DNA of 58,217 nt from Pseudomonas phage UF_RH7: the sequence record OR589135.1; one strand, written 5' to 3'. Each line of letters begins with the position of its first letter. The stretch's first letter is position 1. The notes under the pieces are model-generated. The model saw only the letters and a program-made list of their open reading frames with translations. It made no database searches and had not been told where the DNA came from. The translations under genes were made by a program, and so were the position numbers. This document shows positions 45,242 to 53,604 of the stretch, one piece after another.

Positions 45242-46765
45242 TTAAAGCTCGTCAGCGGCCAGTTCAGCGTCGAACACGGCGGTCAGGATACGAACGCCGA
45301 TCCAGCGCATCACGTTAACCGCCATGCTGTTTCCCACCGCCTTATAGCGTGACGCGTCAGACGTGTGGCCTTTCTTGTAGGGTATCTTCGTCCAGCCGTC
45401 GGGCATGCCCTGCAGACGCTCGCACTCCACCGGCATCAGGCGCCGAACGGAAAGGTCGCAGTCTTCCTGCCGCACGGCCATGGAAAACACCGCATGGTTT
45501 CCTGCCGTATCAATCGTTGGGCATGGGTCAGTCGGGCGCCCAATGCCAAGACCGTTGGCGCTGCCATCTCCGTTCCGCGTTGGCCCGCCACCTTTGTACC
45601 GGGTGGCCTTGTCATGGATCGGAATGCAGTAGGCGATGCATGGCGCGGCGTCCCCTTTTCCTGTCTCGCCGGCGGTGGCCGTTAACGCGTTCACGATGTC
45701 GCCCATATCCCCGCGGCCATTGCGTGCGATACGCGGCTGGAACGCATGGACGATGGCCGGCGTCTGGCAGCAATTCAGCGCGCCGGAGATGTCATCCAGT
45801 CCGAGCGTCGACGATGTATTGCCGGCCGCCTGGTGGTTGAACGCCAGCACGACGGCCAGGTCAGTAGCGGATTTGTGGTCGCGCGACTGAACCGTGGACG
45901 AGCGCTCGTCATCCTCGTACTTCCCGAACTTCGACAGCCTGAAGGCCTTCTGGCCTATAAGGTGTCCTGCTCGGGCTTGGTTGTCGTCAGCACCACCGAC
46001 TCCAACGCCATTTGAAGTAAGGGCGGCAACGATCTCTCCCGTTTCGCGGCTCGGCTCAAGATCCCTTCGCACGCCGTCGAACTCAAATAATACTTGGGCG
46101 GGATCGATGTCCTTACGAGCACTTGCGACAACGAACACACGTCGGCGTCGTTGGGCCAGTCCGAAATATTGGGCATCGAGGATCCGCCACGCGACTGCCC
46201 TTTGGGGTCCATAGACACAACCAGCGTTTGCCCACTTCGGAACGTGCTTACCGGTTTTCGCGTCCCAGCGCCAATGGGTAGAACTCCGTCCCGATTCAGG
46301 TCGTGGTGATGGTTCGAGTTCATCATCTGCGCCAGCCAGTCCGGCAAGCAGGCATCCGAATGCGTTGGTTTTGTCACTGAGTACCCCCGGTACGTTTTCC
46401 CATACACTGATCACCTCCGGCTTTCCGTCTTCCAGGCGTATGTGATCGATCTCATTGGCCAGTTTGACGTAGGTCAGGGTGAGCTGTCCGCGCGGGTCAT
46501 TCAGGCCTTCGCGCAGACCGGCGATCGAATAGGCCTGACATGGCGTTCCGCCGACAAGGATGGCCGGCGCCGGAATCTCCCGGTTGGCCACCATAAACGG
46601 CAGGCAGGTCATATCGCCGTAGTTCGGCACATCGGGAAACCGTTCGGCCAGGATGGCCGACGGTATTTCCTCGATCTCGCTGAGCCACGCCGCCCGGAAT
46701 CCGAGCGGGTGCCATGCCAAACTGGCAGCTTCGATGCCACTGCATACGCTGCCAAAGTCGATCAT
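45242..46765 (-). CDS. DNA (cytosine-5)-methyltransferase, 507 aa with a long variable region (possibly multispecific).
   Basis: Motif I DFGSVCSGIEA. Motif IV GGTPCQAYSIAG (PCQ). Motif VI ENVPGVLS. ATGA coupling upstream. Confidence 0.85.
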   Translation of the reverse strand: MIDFGSVCSGIEAASLAWHPLGFRAAWLSEIEEIPSAILAERFPDVPNYGDMTCLPFMVANREIPAPAILVGGTPCQAYSIAGLREGLNDPRGQLTLTYVKLANEIDHIRLEDGKPEVISVWENVPGVLSDKTNAFGCLLAGLAGADDELEPSPRPESGRSSTHWRWDAKTGKHVPKWANAGCVYGPQRAVAWRILDAQYFGLAQRRRRVFVVASARKDIDPAQVLFEFDGVRRDLEPSRETGEIVAALTSNGVGVGGADDNQARAGHLIGQKAFRLSKFGKYEDDERSSTVQSRDHKSATDLAVVLAFNHQAAGNTSSTLGLDDISGALNCCQTPAIVHAFQPRIARNGRGDMGDIVNALTATAGETGKGDAAPCIAYCIPIHDKATRYKGGGPTRNGDGSANGLGIGRPTDPCPTIDTAGNHAVFSMAVRQEDCDLSVRRLMPVECERLQGMPDGWTKIPYKKGHTSDASRYKAVGNSMAVNVMRWIGVRILTAVFDAELAADEL

Positions 46766-47061
46766 AAATCGTCTTCCTCTTCGTCGGCGTTGCGGTAAAC
46801 CCGCGTGCCAGGCAGACCGTAGATCTCGTCCTCTTCTACCGCGAGGATGGAAATCTTGATGTTCGCGCTGGCCGCCAGCGGCCGCAGGAATTGCAGTTCC
46901 TTCGGCGCTACGCCTTCAATGAAAAACGATTCGCCCGGCTCTAGGCGCTTCATGCCGTCGCGATAGCGGCGGTTACGCTCGGACATCTGGCGCCCGTTTC
47001 CGGGACGCGATGCTGGGGGCCGGCCGACCCCTTTTTCGATTTTCACGTCCTTCTTGCTCAT
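46762..47061 (-). CDS. Small basic protein with acidic tail ...ADEEEDDL.
   Basis: 99 aa. Overlaps the MTase start. Confidence 0.45.
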   Translation of the reverse strand: MSKKDVKIEKGVGRPPASRPGNGRQMSERNRRYRDGMKRLEPGESFFIEGVAPKELQFLRPLAASANIKISILAVEEDEIYGLPGTRVYRNADEEEDDL

Positions 47062-48131
47062 AGCTCGTCATCCTCCGGGTCGACCTGGTGCTGGCCGAAC
47101 GTGGTTTTCAGGTCAGTGGGGAACGGATCGTCGCCGCACAGCGCCGGGTTGCTGTTCGGGCAACCATCATCGTCTGGTTCTGCGTCCGCTTCGCCGCCCA
47201 TGGCGTCCACGACATCGTTGAGCAGGCTGACCAGCTCGGCCGACACGATCGTGAAGTAGGAGTCAAAACTCTCCCGGCGTTCGTCAGCGTCGCCGCCCCC
47301 GCTCTTCAGGTTCTCGGTCACGATGTCCGGGAACTTGATGCGCTTGAACACGAATTTATCGTTGATAAAGAACTCGCTCTGCACCTCGCCGCGCGTGAAG
47401 TGGCGCAGCTGCACCTCGCGGACAACGTAGTCGTTATCGAGGTAGCTGGTCACCTGCTCGCTGGTCAGGTCTTCGTCCTTCAGGCGCGCGTTACCGCCGT
47501 CGTGGCCGGCCGGCGCATGCAGAGATGCCGCCGTGCCCAGCAGCAGGTTCAGTTCTTCGTCGCCACCGGAGCTGACCAGGCGTGTCAGGACATCGACCGC
47601 CAGCTTGTTGGTGGTGATGGGGGTCACTGGCAAACTGCCGAGCGCGGCGCGCAGTTCGTGCAGGCAATCCTCCGCCACTTTGACGCTGCTGGTCAGCACC
47701 AGGATCAGGTCGTCGATCAGCAGCATGAAGATGGTCTTGCGTTTGATAAACGCGGACTTCAGCAGCGCGGCTTCCGCCAGGTCTTTCAGCTGAGCGTACT
47801 CGTTTTTATAGGCCTTGCGGCCTTCCCGGCGCTCCAGCTCGGCGACGCGCTTACCGACTTCCTCGCGCAGCACCGTGCCCGGCAGGTCACGCAGGTTGAA
47901 CTGCGCCTTGATCAGCGTAGCGCCGCGATAGCCGCGGTAAACGAAACGCTCTTCAGCCGCCCACTCGATCGGCAGCACGATACCGAAGCCGCCGGAGCGC
48001 CAGGCACTGGCCGCCGGGTCTTGGACGTGACGGGCTTCGAGCAGCACTTCCAGCTCGTCTTCGTCCTTCAGCTTCTCGACCGTCTCCGGGTCGGTAATGC
48101 GGTATGCAATGAAATTCTTGAAATCAGCCAT
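47058..48131 (-). CDS. rdgC: RdgC-like recombination-associated protein with an added acidic C-terminal extension ...DPEDDEL.
   Basis: 357 aa. MADFKNFIAYRIT versus E. coli RdgC MLWFKNLMVYRLS. LRAALGSLPVTPIT versus LRKSLGSLPVVPLS. KRIKFPD... versus KRLKFCD... Confidence 0.75.
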   Translation of the reverse strand: MADFKNFIAYRITDPETVEKLKDEDELEVLLEARHVQDPAASAWRSGGFGIVLPIEWAAEERFVYRGYRGATLIKAQFNLRDLPGTVLREEVGKRVAELERREGRKAYKNEYAQLKDLAEAALLKSAFIKRKTIFMLLIDDLILVLTSSVKVAEDCLHELRAALGSLPVTPITTNKLAVDVLTRLVSSGGDEELNLLLGTAASLHAPAGHDGGNARLKDEDLTSEQVTSYLDNDYVVREVQLRHFTRGEVQSEFFINDKFVFKRIKFPDIVTENLKSGGGDADERRESFDSYFTIVSAELVSLLNDVVDAMGGEADAEPDDDGCPNSNPALCGDDPFPTDLKTTFGQHQVDPEDDEL

Positions 48132-48141
48132 CAGAGGCTCC

Positions 48142-48438
48142 TTATAGCGATTTGCCGGTGGTAGTGACCTGCAGGTGTGCGAACGCCTCTAAGAAGCGCT
48201 CACGGGCGGCCTGCAGGTGCTGCTGTTGAAGAGTGAGCAGCGCTTCTTCCGAGATGATCGGGTCTTTGCGCTTATCCTCTTCGCAGGCAGCGTAGAACGC
48301 CTGCAGCGCCATCTCTTCGACGCGCGTCAGCACATCGGATACGGCGTTGCGCACTTCGGCGATGTTCGAGTTCCTGTCCAGGAGAGCCGCGAGGCCGGCA
48401 TCCGTGCCGTACCACTTATTACGGTCGTTCAGGCTCAT
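48142..48438 (-). CDS. Hypothetical protein (98 aa).
   Basis: ORF only. Confidence 0.35.
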   Translation of the reverse strand: MSLNDRNKWYGTDAGLAALLDRNSNIAEVRNAVSDVLTRVEEMALQAFYAACEEDKRKDPIISEEALLTLQQQHLQAARERFLEAFAHLQVTTTGKSL

Positions 48439-49181
48439 GCATCGAGACTCGCGAGGCCGAGCGGGTCGCCGCGGTACTGCAGCATCATGGCGTAGGCAAT
48501 CACGTTGAGATGATCGCCGGTCTCGTCCAGGTGGCGCTGCAGTGCGGCGCGCAGTACGTCGGCACTGCAGTCGTTTTTATCCTGCCAGCCGCCCTTCCCT
48601 TCCATCCGCTTCTCGGCCAGGCGTTGCTTCAGCAGCTGCGCCAGGCGGTCTACCACGGAATTGTCGAACTGGCCGGCGTCAGAGGCATAGCCGTTGGCAA
48701 CACGCTGTTGCTCGATGGCTTCGTCTTTGTGCGTCAGGGTGTACATCAACGCGTCGCCGTTCCCGCTGCGCTTCTCCATGTTGATGTCGAACTGGTTTAT
48801 CAACATGGCCAAATCTGCGGTGGAGACTTCCAGCTGACGCATACCCATGTTCATCATGGCCATGCCGACGGCGAATTTCGAGATGTGCTCGATCTGCTCG
48901 TTGTGCTTGTTCTCAGCATTGGCCACCAGCGTTTCCGCTTCTACCGGCGTCATCAGTGACAGGTGAGCAGTGTCATCTTCCATCGCTGACTTGATGCGGT
49001 CGATGGTCTGCAGCTGCTTCTCCCAGTAGGACATGTCGCCTGGGTCAAGGGAAACGGCGCCGTGTGGATTGCAACAGTCCATGGCGATCAGCACCGCTTT
49101 GCGGAAATCGTCAAGATGGGTAAGCAGGTCTTCCGGCAGGTAGCGCCATTCGTTGGTCGGGATTGCTTTCGGTTCAGTCAT
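48435..49181 (-). CDS. Hypothetical protein (248 aa).
   Basis: ORF, coupled to neighbours. Confidence 0.45.
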   Translation of the reverse strand: MTEPKAIPTNEWRYLPEDLLTHLDDFRKAVLIAMDCCNPHGAVSLDPGDMSYWEKQLQTIDRIKSAMEDDTAHLSLMTPVEAETLVANAENKHNEQIEHISKFAVGMAMMNMGMRQLEVSTADLAMLINQFDINMEKRSGNGDALMYTLTHKDEAIEQQRVANGYASDAGQFDNSVVDRLAQLLKQRLAEKRMEGKGGWQDKNDCSADVLRAALQRHLDETGDHLNVIAYAMMLQYRGDPLGLASLDA

Positions 49182-49402
49182 TTCTTTTTCCTATCGTAGA
49201 TAGTGTCGAATGCCCAGGTGGCTAACGCCGTAGGGACGGTGATTGGCCAGGCGAGCGCGAACACCCAGATTTCCCGTTCGAAATTACGGGTGGAGATCCG
49301 CACCAGAAAATCGGATTTGGTCGCCCAGCGATGCAGGATGGTCAGCACCACGTTTATGATGACTGCCACCACCAGCCAAAGAATAACTATCGTTGGCATC
49401 AC
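49178..49402 (-). CDS. Small membrane protein (2 TMs).
   Basis: 74 aa. Hydrophobic helices. Confidence 0.4.
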   Translation of the reverse strand: MMPTIVILWLVVAVIINVVLTILHRWATKSDFLVRISTRNFEREIWVFALAWPITVPTALATWAFDTIYDRKKK

Positions 49403-49617
49403 AGGCTCCCTTTCGTTATCAGCATGAAGTCTTCCCGGTACGCTGCCTTGAGCGTGCCATCGGACATCAAGGATGGCAGTTCGTGGGTGAACACTGGGCG
49501 CCCGAGACGCTTTTCAACGTCTGCGTGGAACGCGCTGAACTCGCACATCATGATGCCGGTGAATCCGGTCAGGATAATGCCTTGTGCCTGGCTTATCCGT
49601 GGCTCTTTTGTTGGCAT
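49399..49617 (-). CDS. Small hypothetical protein (72 aa).
   Basis: ORF only. Confidence 0.35.
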   Translation of the reverse strand: MPTKEPRISQAQGIILTGFTGIMMCEFSAFHADVEKRLGRPVFTHELPSLMSDGTLKAAYREDFMLITKGSL

Positions 49618-50078
49618 GATGCAGCTCCTTTCATCAGGTCATCGACCAGGTTCATGCGCTGCAGGATCTCCTGCATCCGTGCCCGCTCATGACTGCCTTC
49701 CGGCGTGTCTTTGTAGCACAGCTCAGTAACGTTCCGCGCGGTATTGATCAGCGACGTCAGAATGCCGAGGCGAACCATGCGCGTTTGGCTGTTAGCGAAC
49801 AGGGTACTGAAGTCTTTGTTCAGCTCGACGCCGCGCTCTTCCGGTGACGGCTTCGACTCGAACTTCGGCTGGCACCCCTTGATCCAATAGCGGATGTTCG
49901 GGTTGCGGCCGGTCTTCACGATGCTGCCGTCGCGCGCCAGGTTGGACAACGTGTTCGAAACGTTGGCACCGTTCACACGGCCGGCCAGTGCGCGCCGGAC
50001 GTCGCCTCCATGGCACCCTGGGTTCTCAGCGATAAAGTTCAGAACCAGCGGGCGGTTCGGTGATGGGGGTTTGCTCAT
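49593..50078 (-). CDS. Winged-helix transcriptional regulator-like protein.
   Basis: 161 aa. N-terminal wHTH-like LVLNFIAENPGCHGGDVRRALAG...LSNLARDGSIVKTG. Confidence 0.45.
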   Translation of the reverse strand: MSKPPSPNRPLVLNFIAENPGCHGGDVRRALAGRVNGANVSNTLSNLARDGSIVKTGRNPNIRYWIKGCQPKFESKPSPEERGVELNKDFSTLFANSQTRMVRLGILTSLINTARNVTELCYKDTPEGSHERARMQEILQRMNLVDDLMKGAASCQQKSHG

Positions 50079-50080
50079 GG

Positions 50081-50557
50081 TTACTCTTCCTCTTCGTCAA
50101 AGGGGACTCCGCCGTATGGCGCTGCCATTGCAGGCGACATAGATGTCGCGCGGGGTAGCGCAGCCGGGCTTTCGACCTGTACATCTACTCGGCCTGTTTT
50201 GGTGCTGGGGCCTTCAGTCCATCCGCCCTGTTTCAGTTCCGCCTTCAGAGCACATCCCTGGTCGATCATGATTGCCGACAGCTCCGCCTGCAGCATCAGC
50301 AGTTTGTCTCGGCCGCGAGCCGCAACTTTGCGCAGGAACGCCGACATCAGGTCGCGGTTTTCTTCGGCGCCCAGCAGGTCAATGAAGCGGTGATGGCAAT
50401 CGTATTGACCGATTGGCTCATAGCGCAGGCCTGCTTCGTTATCGCCGGCGTTGATCTTCAGCGTGCCGGGCTTGGCGTTTTCGGTGGCCTTCTGCAGGAA
50501 GTCAAGGTCGCCTTGCAGCTTCTCCACTTCGGCCATTTTCTTCTGTAGTTCTTTCAT
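50081..50557 (-). CDS. Hypothetical protein (coiled-coil N-terminus; ends ...GGVPFDEEEE).
   Basis: 158 aa. Confidence 0.4.
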   Translation of the reverse strand: MKELQKKMAEVEKLQGDLDFLQKATENAKPGTLKINAGDNEAGLRYEPIGQYDCHHRFIDLLGAEENRDLMSAFLRKVAARGRDKLLMLQAELSAIMIDQGCALKAELKQGGWTEGPSTKTGRVDVQVESPAALPRATSMSPAMAAPYGGVPFDEEEE

Positions 50558-50663
50558 CTTAGGTCTCCGACAAGGGTGGTAACGGTTTTGCGAAGGGTCG
50601 ATCCCCTACGCAGGTATCTGGCGGCCGGCGCTGCTCTTCTGGCAGACATCCCGGCGCGCCGGA

Positions 50664-51014
50664 TCACTCAACGCGGATGACAACGATGGACGTCATCGCG
50701 CGGTACTGGGACGACACGAAAGAGCCGGTCTCCACGGTGAACTTGAGTTCGGGATTCGCCTTGGTCAGGCGGCTGGTGGCGTTGTTGATGATGCGGCGGC
50801 GGGTCAGCACCTCGCCCGTCATCCAGTCTCGCATGCCGGCAGATGACAGGCCTTCCGGGGCAATCATCGTTTCGCTGTATGCCTGGCCGACGCCCAGCTG
50901 GCTGATAAGACGATTGCGGGAGGTGGAGTAGCGGTCGGCCTTGCTGACGCCTTCTTCTGGCGACATCATGCTGGCTTCCAGCTCGGTATCCAGGGCAGTT
51001 TTGGTCTCGGTCAT
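50664..51014 (-). CDS. Hypothetical protein, first gene of the leftward early operon.
   Basis: 116 aa. Confidence 0.4.
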   Translation of the reverse strand: MTETKTALDTELEASMMSPEEGVSKADRYSTSRNRLISQLGVGQAYSETMIAPEGLSSAGMRDWMTGEVLTRRRIINNATSRLTKANPELKFTVETGSFVSSQYRAMTSIVVIRVE

Positions 51015-51120
51015 CGGGTTCTCTCTTTCCGTGTTCCTGTTAAACGTGTTTGAAGATTAGCTGCTACAAGTTTTTAATGCAATCTCTTTATGAAACTATT
51101 TATTGTTCATCCGCCATCCT

Positions 51121-51440
51121 GGAATTTTTCAGAACGGGCTGGGTCTGTGAAGTAAGCCTCATTGACCGGCCAGGGTGCTGAAGTAAGCCAGGGCGCCTGG
51201 TCCTGGGTCATTGCGGCATCGAGGACAACCGGCCAGGGTTCTGAAGTAAGCGACGCCAGCCGGCCAGGGTTCTGAAGTAAGCCAGGGCGCCCGGCACCAT
51301 CCAGGCGCATCTCAACTTTCATTTCAAAATAATCGGGAAAATTTTTGGAACGGGCTGGGTCTCTGAAGTAAGCGGCGGGGGTTGGCATTGGCGCCTGCCG
51401 GTTTTTCTATACCGAAAGCCGGGGTGAAGTAAGCCGGGAA
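51121..51440. repeat. Iteron array: six copies of the core TGAAGTAAGC (51148, 51179, 51242, 51272, 51364, 51425). Three sit inside 25-32-bp units CCGGCCAGGGT(G/T)CTGAAGTAAGC(CAGGGCGCC) and two inside 35-bp units AATTTTT(C/G)(A/G)GAACGGGCTGGGTCT(G/C)TGAAGTAAGC. An AT-rich tract lies at 51318-51345.
   Basis: Read directly from the sequence. Non-coding, between the divergent operons. The ORF 51107-51388 is an artefact of the repeats. Confidence 0.75.
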
Positions 51441-51546
51441 CTACCGCATTTCATGGCGCCTGCCTCGCGTGCGTATAAAGGATCACGCGCGCGTTTCACT
51501 ATCCGGCCGGGCGGATTGGTCATTTACAAAAGATTTACGGAAAGGC

Positions 51547-51575
51547 TTGCAATAAAGTTTTTAATGCCCTACATT
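51547..51575 (+). promoter_or_regulatory. Candidate promoter TTGCAA-17-TACATT for the rightward small-gene block.
   Basis: The hexamers and the GTTTTTAATGC spacer motif are shared with other putative promoters (51068, 54964 inverted). Confidence 0.4.
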
Positions 51576-51621
51576 AGTCACATCACCGCAGAACGCGGAC
51601 ACTTAGAAAGAGGGTTTTATC

Positions 51622-51921
51622 ATGGTTAAATTTACCCGCAGTCAGTACATGAAAGGCGAATGCACGCATCAAGATTACTATATGCAATTCGCCACCCCGC
51701 AGATCGTCGCCCGTGTGAAACGCTTTTGTGATTTAAAAGTGCTGCGATCATCCACTGACGAACATCTTAATGATGTTTACCGTCTTACCCACTGGGATAA
51801 TGTGATCGGCGCTTTCCCCGCCGACGTCGCCGCAATGATGCGTGAAGCGGGCGATTATCCAACGCTTGCCGGTTCGGTCAGTCTGGCGAAAGCCGTTGCC
51901 CGTTCACTGATTTCGGAATAA
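51622..51921 (+). CDS. Hypothetical protein (99 aa).
   Basis: SD agagggtt before the ATG. Lower-GC block. Confidence 0.45.
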   Translation: MVKFTRSQYMKGECTHQDYYMQFATPQIVARVKRFCDLKVLRSSTDEHLNDVYRLTHWDNVIGAFPADVAAMMREAGDYPTLAGSVSLAKAVARSLISE

Positions 51922-51931
51922 GGGGTTTATC

Positions 51932-52456
51932 ATGCAATCCATCATTACTAAATATCGCTCTGGTTCACGTCGCATTTCCGCTAAATGCTGGAACGGTCAA
52001 ACCACGCTTGATTATGATTTGGCGTTGAACAGTGAAGATAATCACAAGGCCGCCGCTGAAAAGCTGGTTTCAATTTTGAATAAAGGCCGCAATGTTTCGT
52101 GGGGTATCGTTTCCTCCGCGCCTTTGATTGACGGCGGGCAATGGATTTTCATTATCAATTATGTGCCGGACGTCCCACCGATGCATATGTCGATCACGGT
52201 TAAGTTTCTGCCGTGTAATAATTCCAAACCGGCGCGAATGAAAGTTTTTTCGTGGCTGTATGAAAAAGGTTTCGAGGTCGCATATTCGCCTAGCATTGCT
52301 GATGCCTCGGATATGTATCAATGTGCGCTGTATGCAGCAAACAAAATGCTGGAAGAAGTGAACGGCGTGGCGTTTGAACATAATTGCGAGTATCGCATTA
52401 AAGATTATGTGCATACTTTCGACGGTAACCGCATTTTCACCTTGGAGTTAATATAA
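51932..52456 (+). CDS. Hypothetical protein (174 aa).
   Basis: ORF with SD aagggg. Confidence 0.45.
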   Translation: MQSIITKYRSGSRRISAKCWNGQTTLDYDLALNSEDNHKAAAEKLVSILNKGRNVSWGIVSSAPLIDGGQWIFIINYVPDVPPMHMSITVKFLPCNNSKPARMKVFSWLYEKGFEVAYSPSIADASDMYQCALYAANKMLEEVNGVAFEHNCEYRIKDYVHTFDGNRIFTLELI

Positions 52457-52743
52457 TGGCTACGGTGATTACTTTATCTGAAGCGTGCCCGATTATATAC
52501 GGGCACGAATTGCCGGAAAACGTGCGGGAAGATTATGATTATATTTCCGACGATGAACTACCGGAAACCTCATTCTTTAAAATTGAGGGCGTTTATCATT
52601 GTATATCTGATTTCGTTAAATCGGATACCTACGCGGCGCAAGGTTTCCACGGCATAGCGGGCGAAACTGCGTTTAGTTCAATTCTTATCGGCGTCATTGA
52701 TGGCGATAGTGATCATTTAAAGGTAGGCCGCGTATGCTCATAA
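52456..52743 (+). CDS. Hypothetical protein (95 aa).
   Basis: ATAATG coupling. Confidence 0.4.
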   Translation: MATVITLSEACPIIYGHELPENVREDYDYISDDELPETSFFKIEGVYHCISDFVKSDTYAAQGFHGIAGETAFSSILIGVIDGDSDHLKVGRVCS

Positions 52744-52928
52744 TCGCAATCCTTGGCTATCTGGTCATCGCGCTTTACATCGCGCACGATGTCCGCGCAG
52801 TTATCAAACGTTGCCGCCCGGAGTTGCGCCAATGTTTCGGCCGCAAATCGGTTTACCTGCGTGAACGTAAAACAGGCCGCCTGATCGCCTGTTCCAATAA
52901 CCCTTTTACTTTATTGCTGGTGGCTTAA
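52734..52928 (+). CDS. Small membrane protein (1 TM).
   Basis: 64 aa. Hydrophobic N-terminus. Confidence 0.35.
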   Translation: MLIIAILGYLVIALYIAHDVRAVIKRCRPELRQCFGRKSVYLRERKTGRLIACSNNPFTLLLVA

Positions 52929-52929
52929 T

Positions 52930-53409
52930 ATGAAACTTTCTTCCGTTAATAAAGAGCAACGCCTTTATGTTATCCGCGCTGGCGCAGGTTATTCCTGCTA
53001 CGGGTTCGACTCACTCAACCGCCAAGCGGCTGGCGTTTTAAATTGGCTTAAAGAGCAAGGCCGCACGGCTGAATTATTGTTAGGCGCGCATAAAGTGGAT
53101 GTGAAAAGCCTTTCTATCCCGGAACGCGTCGGCACCAAAAAGCATTTTGAGGCGTGCAATTCAATATTGAACGCTGGTGCTCAATTTTCGCGTGATTCCG
53201 GCATCCGTTGCTTTGCCGAATTGCATCCGCAGTTATTGGGCATGGAAGGAAAGCGGGTAAAGATTATTGATGCCGCAGGAAACCCGCGCAGCTTTATTGT
53301 AGGGCGATCTTCTGGTTGGTTGCCGAATCATCTGGAAATATCACGCCGCGATTCATCCGGTGGCGTGCCGGTTTCGCGTGAATCTTTTCAGTCGGTTTCG
53401 CTGGTGTAA
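52930..53409 (+). CDS. Hypothetical protein (159 aa).
   Basis: ORF only. Confidence 0.45.
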   Translation: MKLSSVNKEQRLYVIRAGAGYSCYGFDSLNRQAAGVLNWLKEQGRTAELLLGAHKVDVKSLSIPERVGTKKHFEACNSILNAGAQFSRDSGIRCFAELHPQLLGMEGKRVKIIDAAGNPRSFIVGRSSGWLPNHLEISRRDSSGGVPVSRESFQSVSLV

Positions 53410-53414
53410 TCGCT

Positions 53415-53591
53415 ATGGAAAAATACAAAGTTGTTGAGAAGAAAAACCCGTTAGCGGTGCATTGCTTAACGTGGTCTAAACAACGGGCGCAGGAATGGAT
53501 CGAGAAGTACGGCGATTCTAAAATGTTCACTGACAAAACGTTAAATCGGGATAGTTTTACGATTGTTTGTCCTGATTCAGATAAAAATTGA
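53415..53591 (+). CDS. Small hypothetical protein (58 aa; below the ORF-track cutoff).
   Basis: Manual translation MEKYKVVEKKNPLAVHCLTW... Confidence 0.3.
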   Translation: MEKYKVVEKKNPLAVHCLTWSKQRAQEWIEKYGDSKMFTDKTLNRDSFTIVCPDSDKN

Positions 53592-53604
53592 TTGGGGGTT
53601 TACC

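Noticed and set aside
51107-51388. 93-aa minus-strand ORF
   Set aside because: Lies entirely in the iteron array. Its repetitive sequence is a translation of the DNA repeats, not a gene.
51121-51440. Possible CRISPR array
   Set aside because: The repeats are short (10-35 bp), of two nested classes, irregularly spaced, and lack unique spacers of uniform length. This is better explained as iterons or operators.
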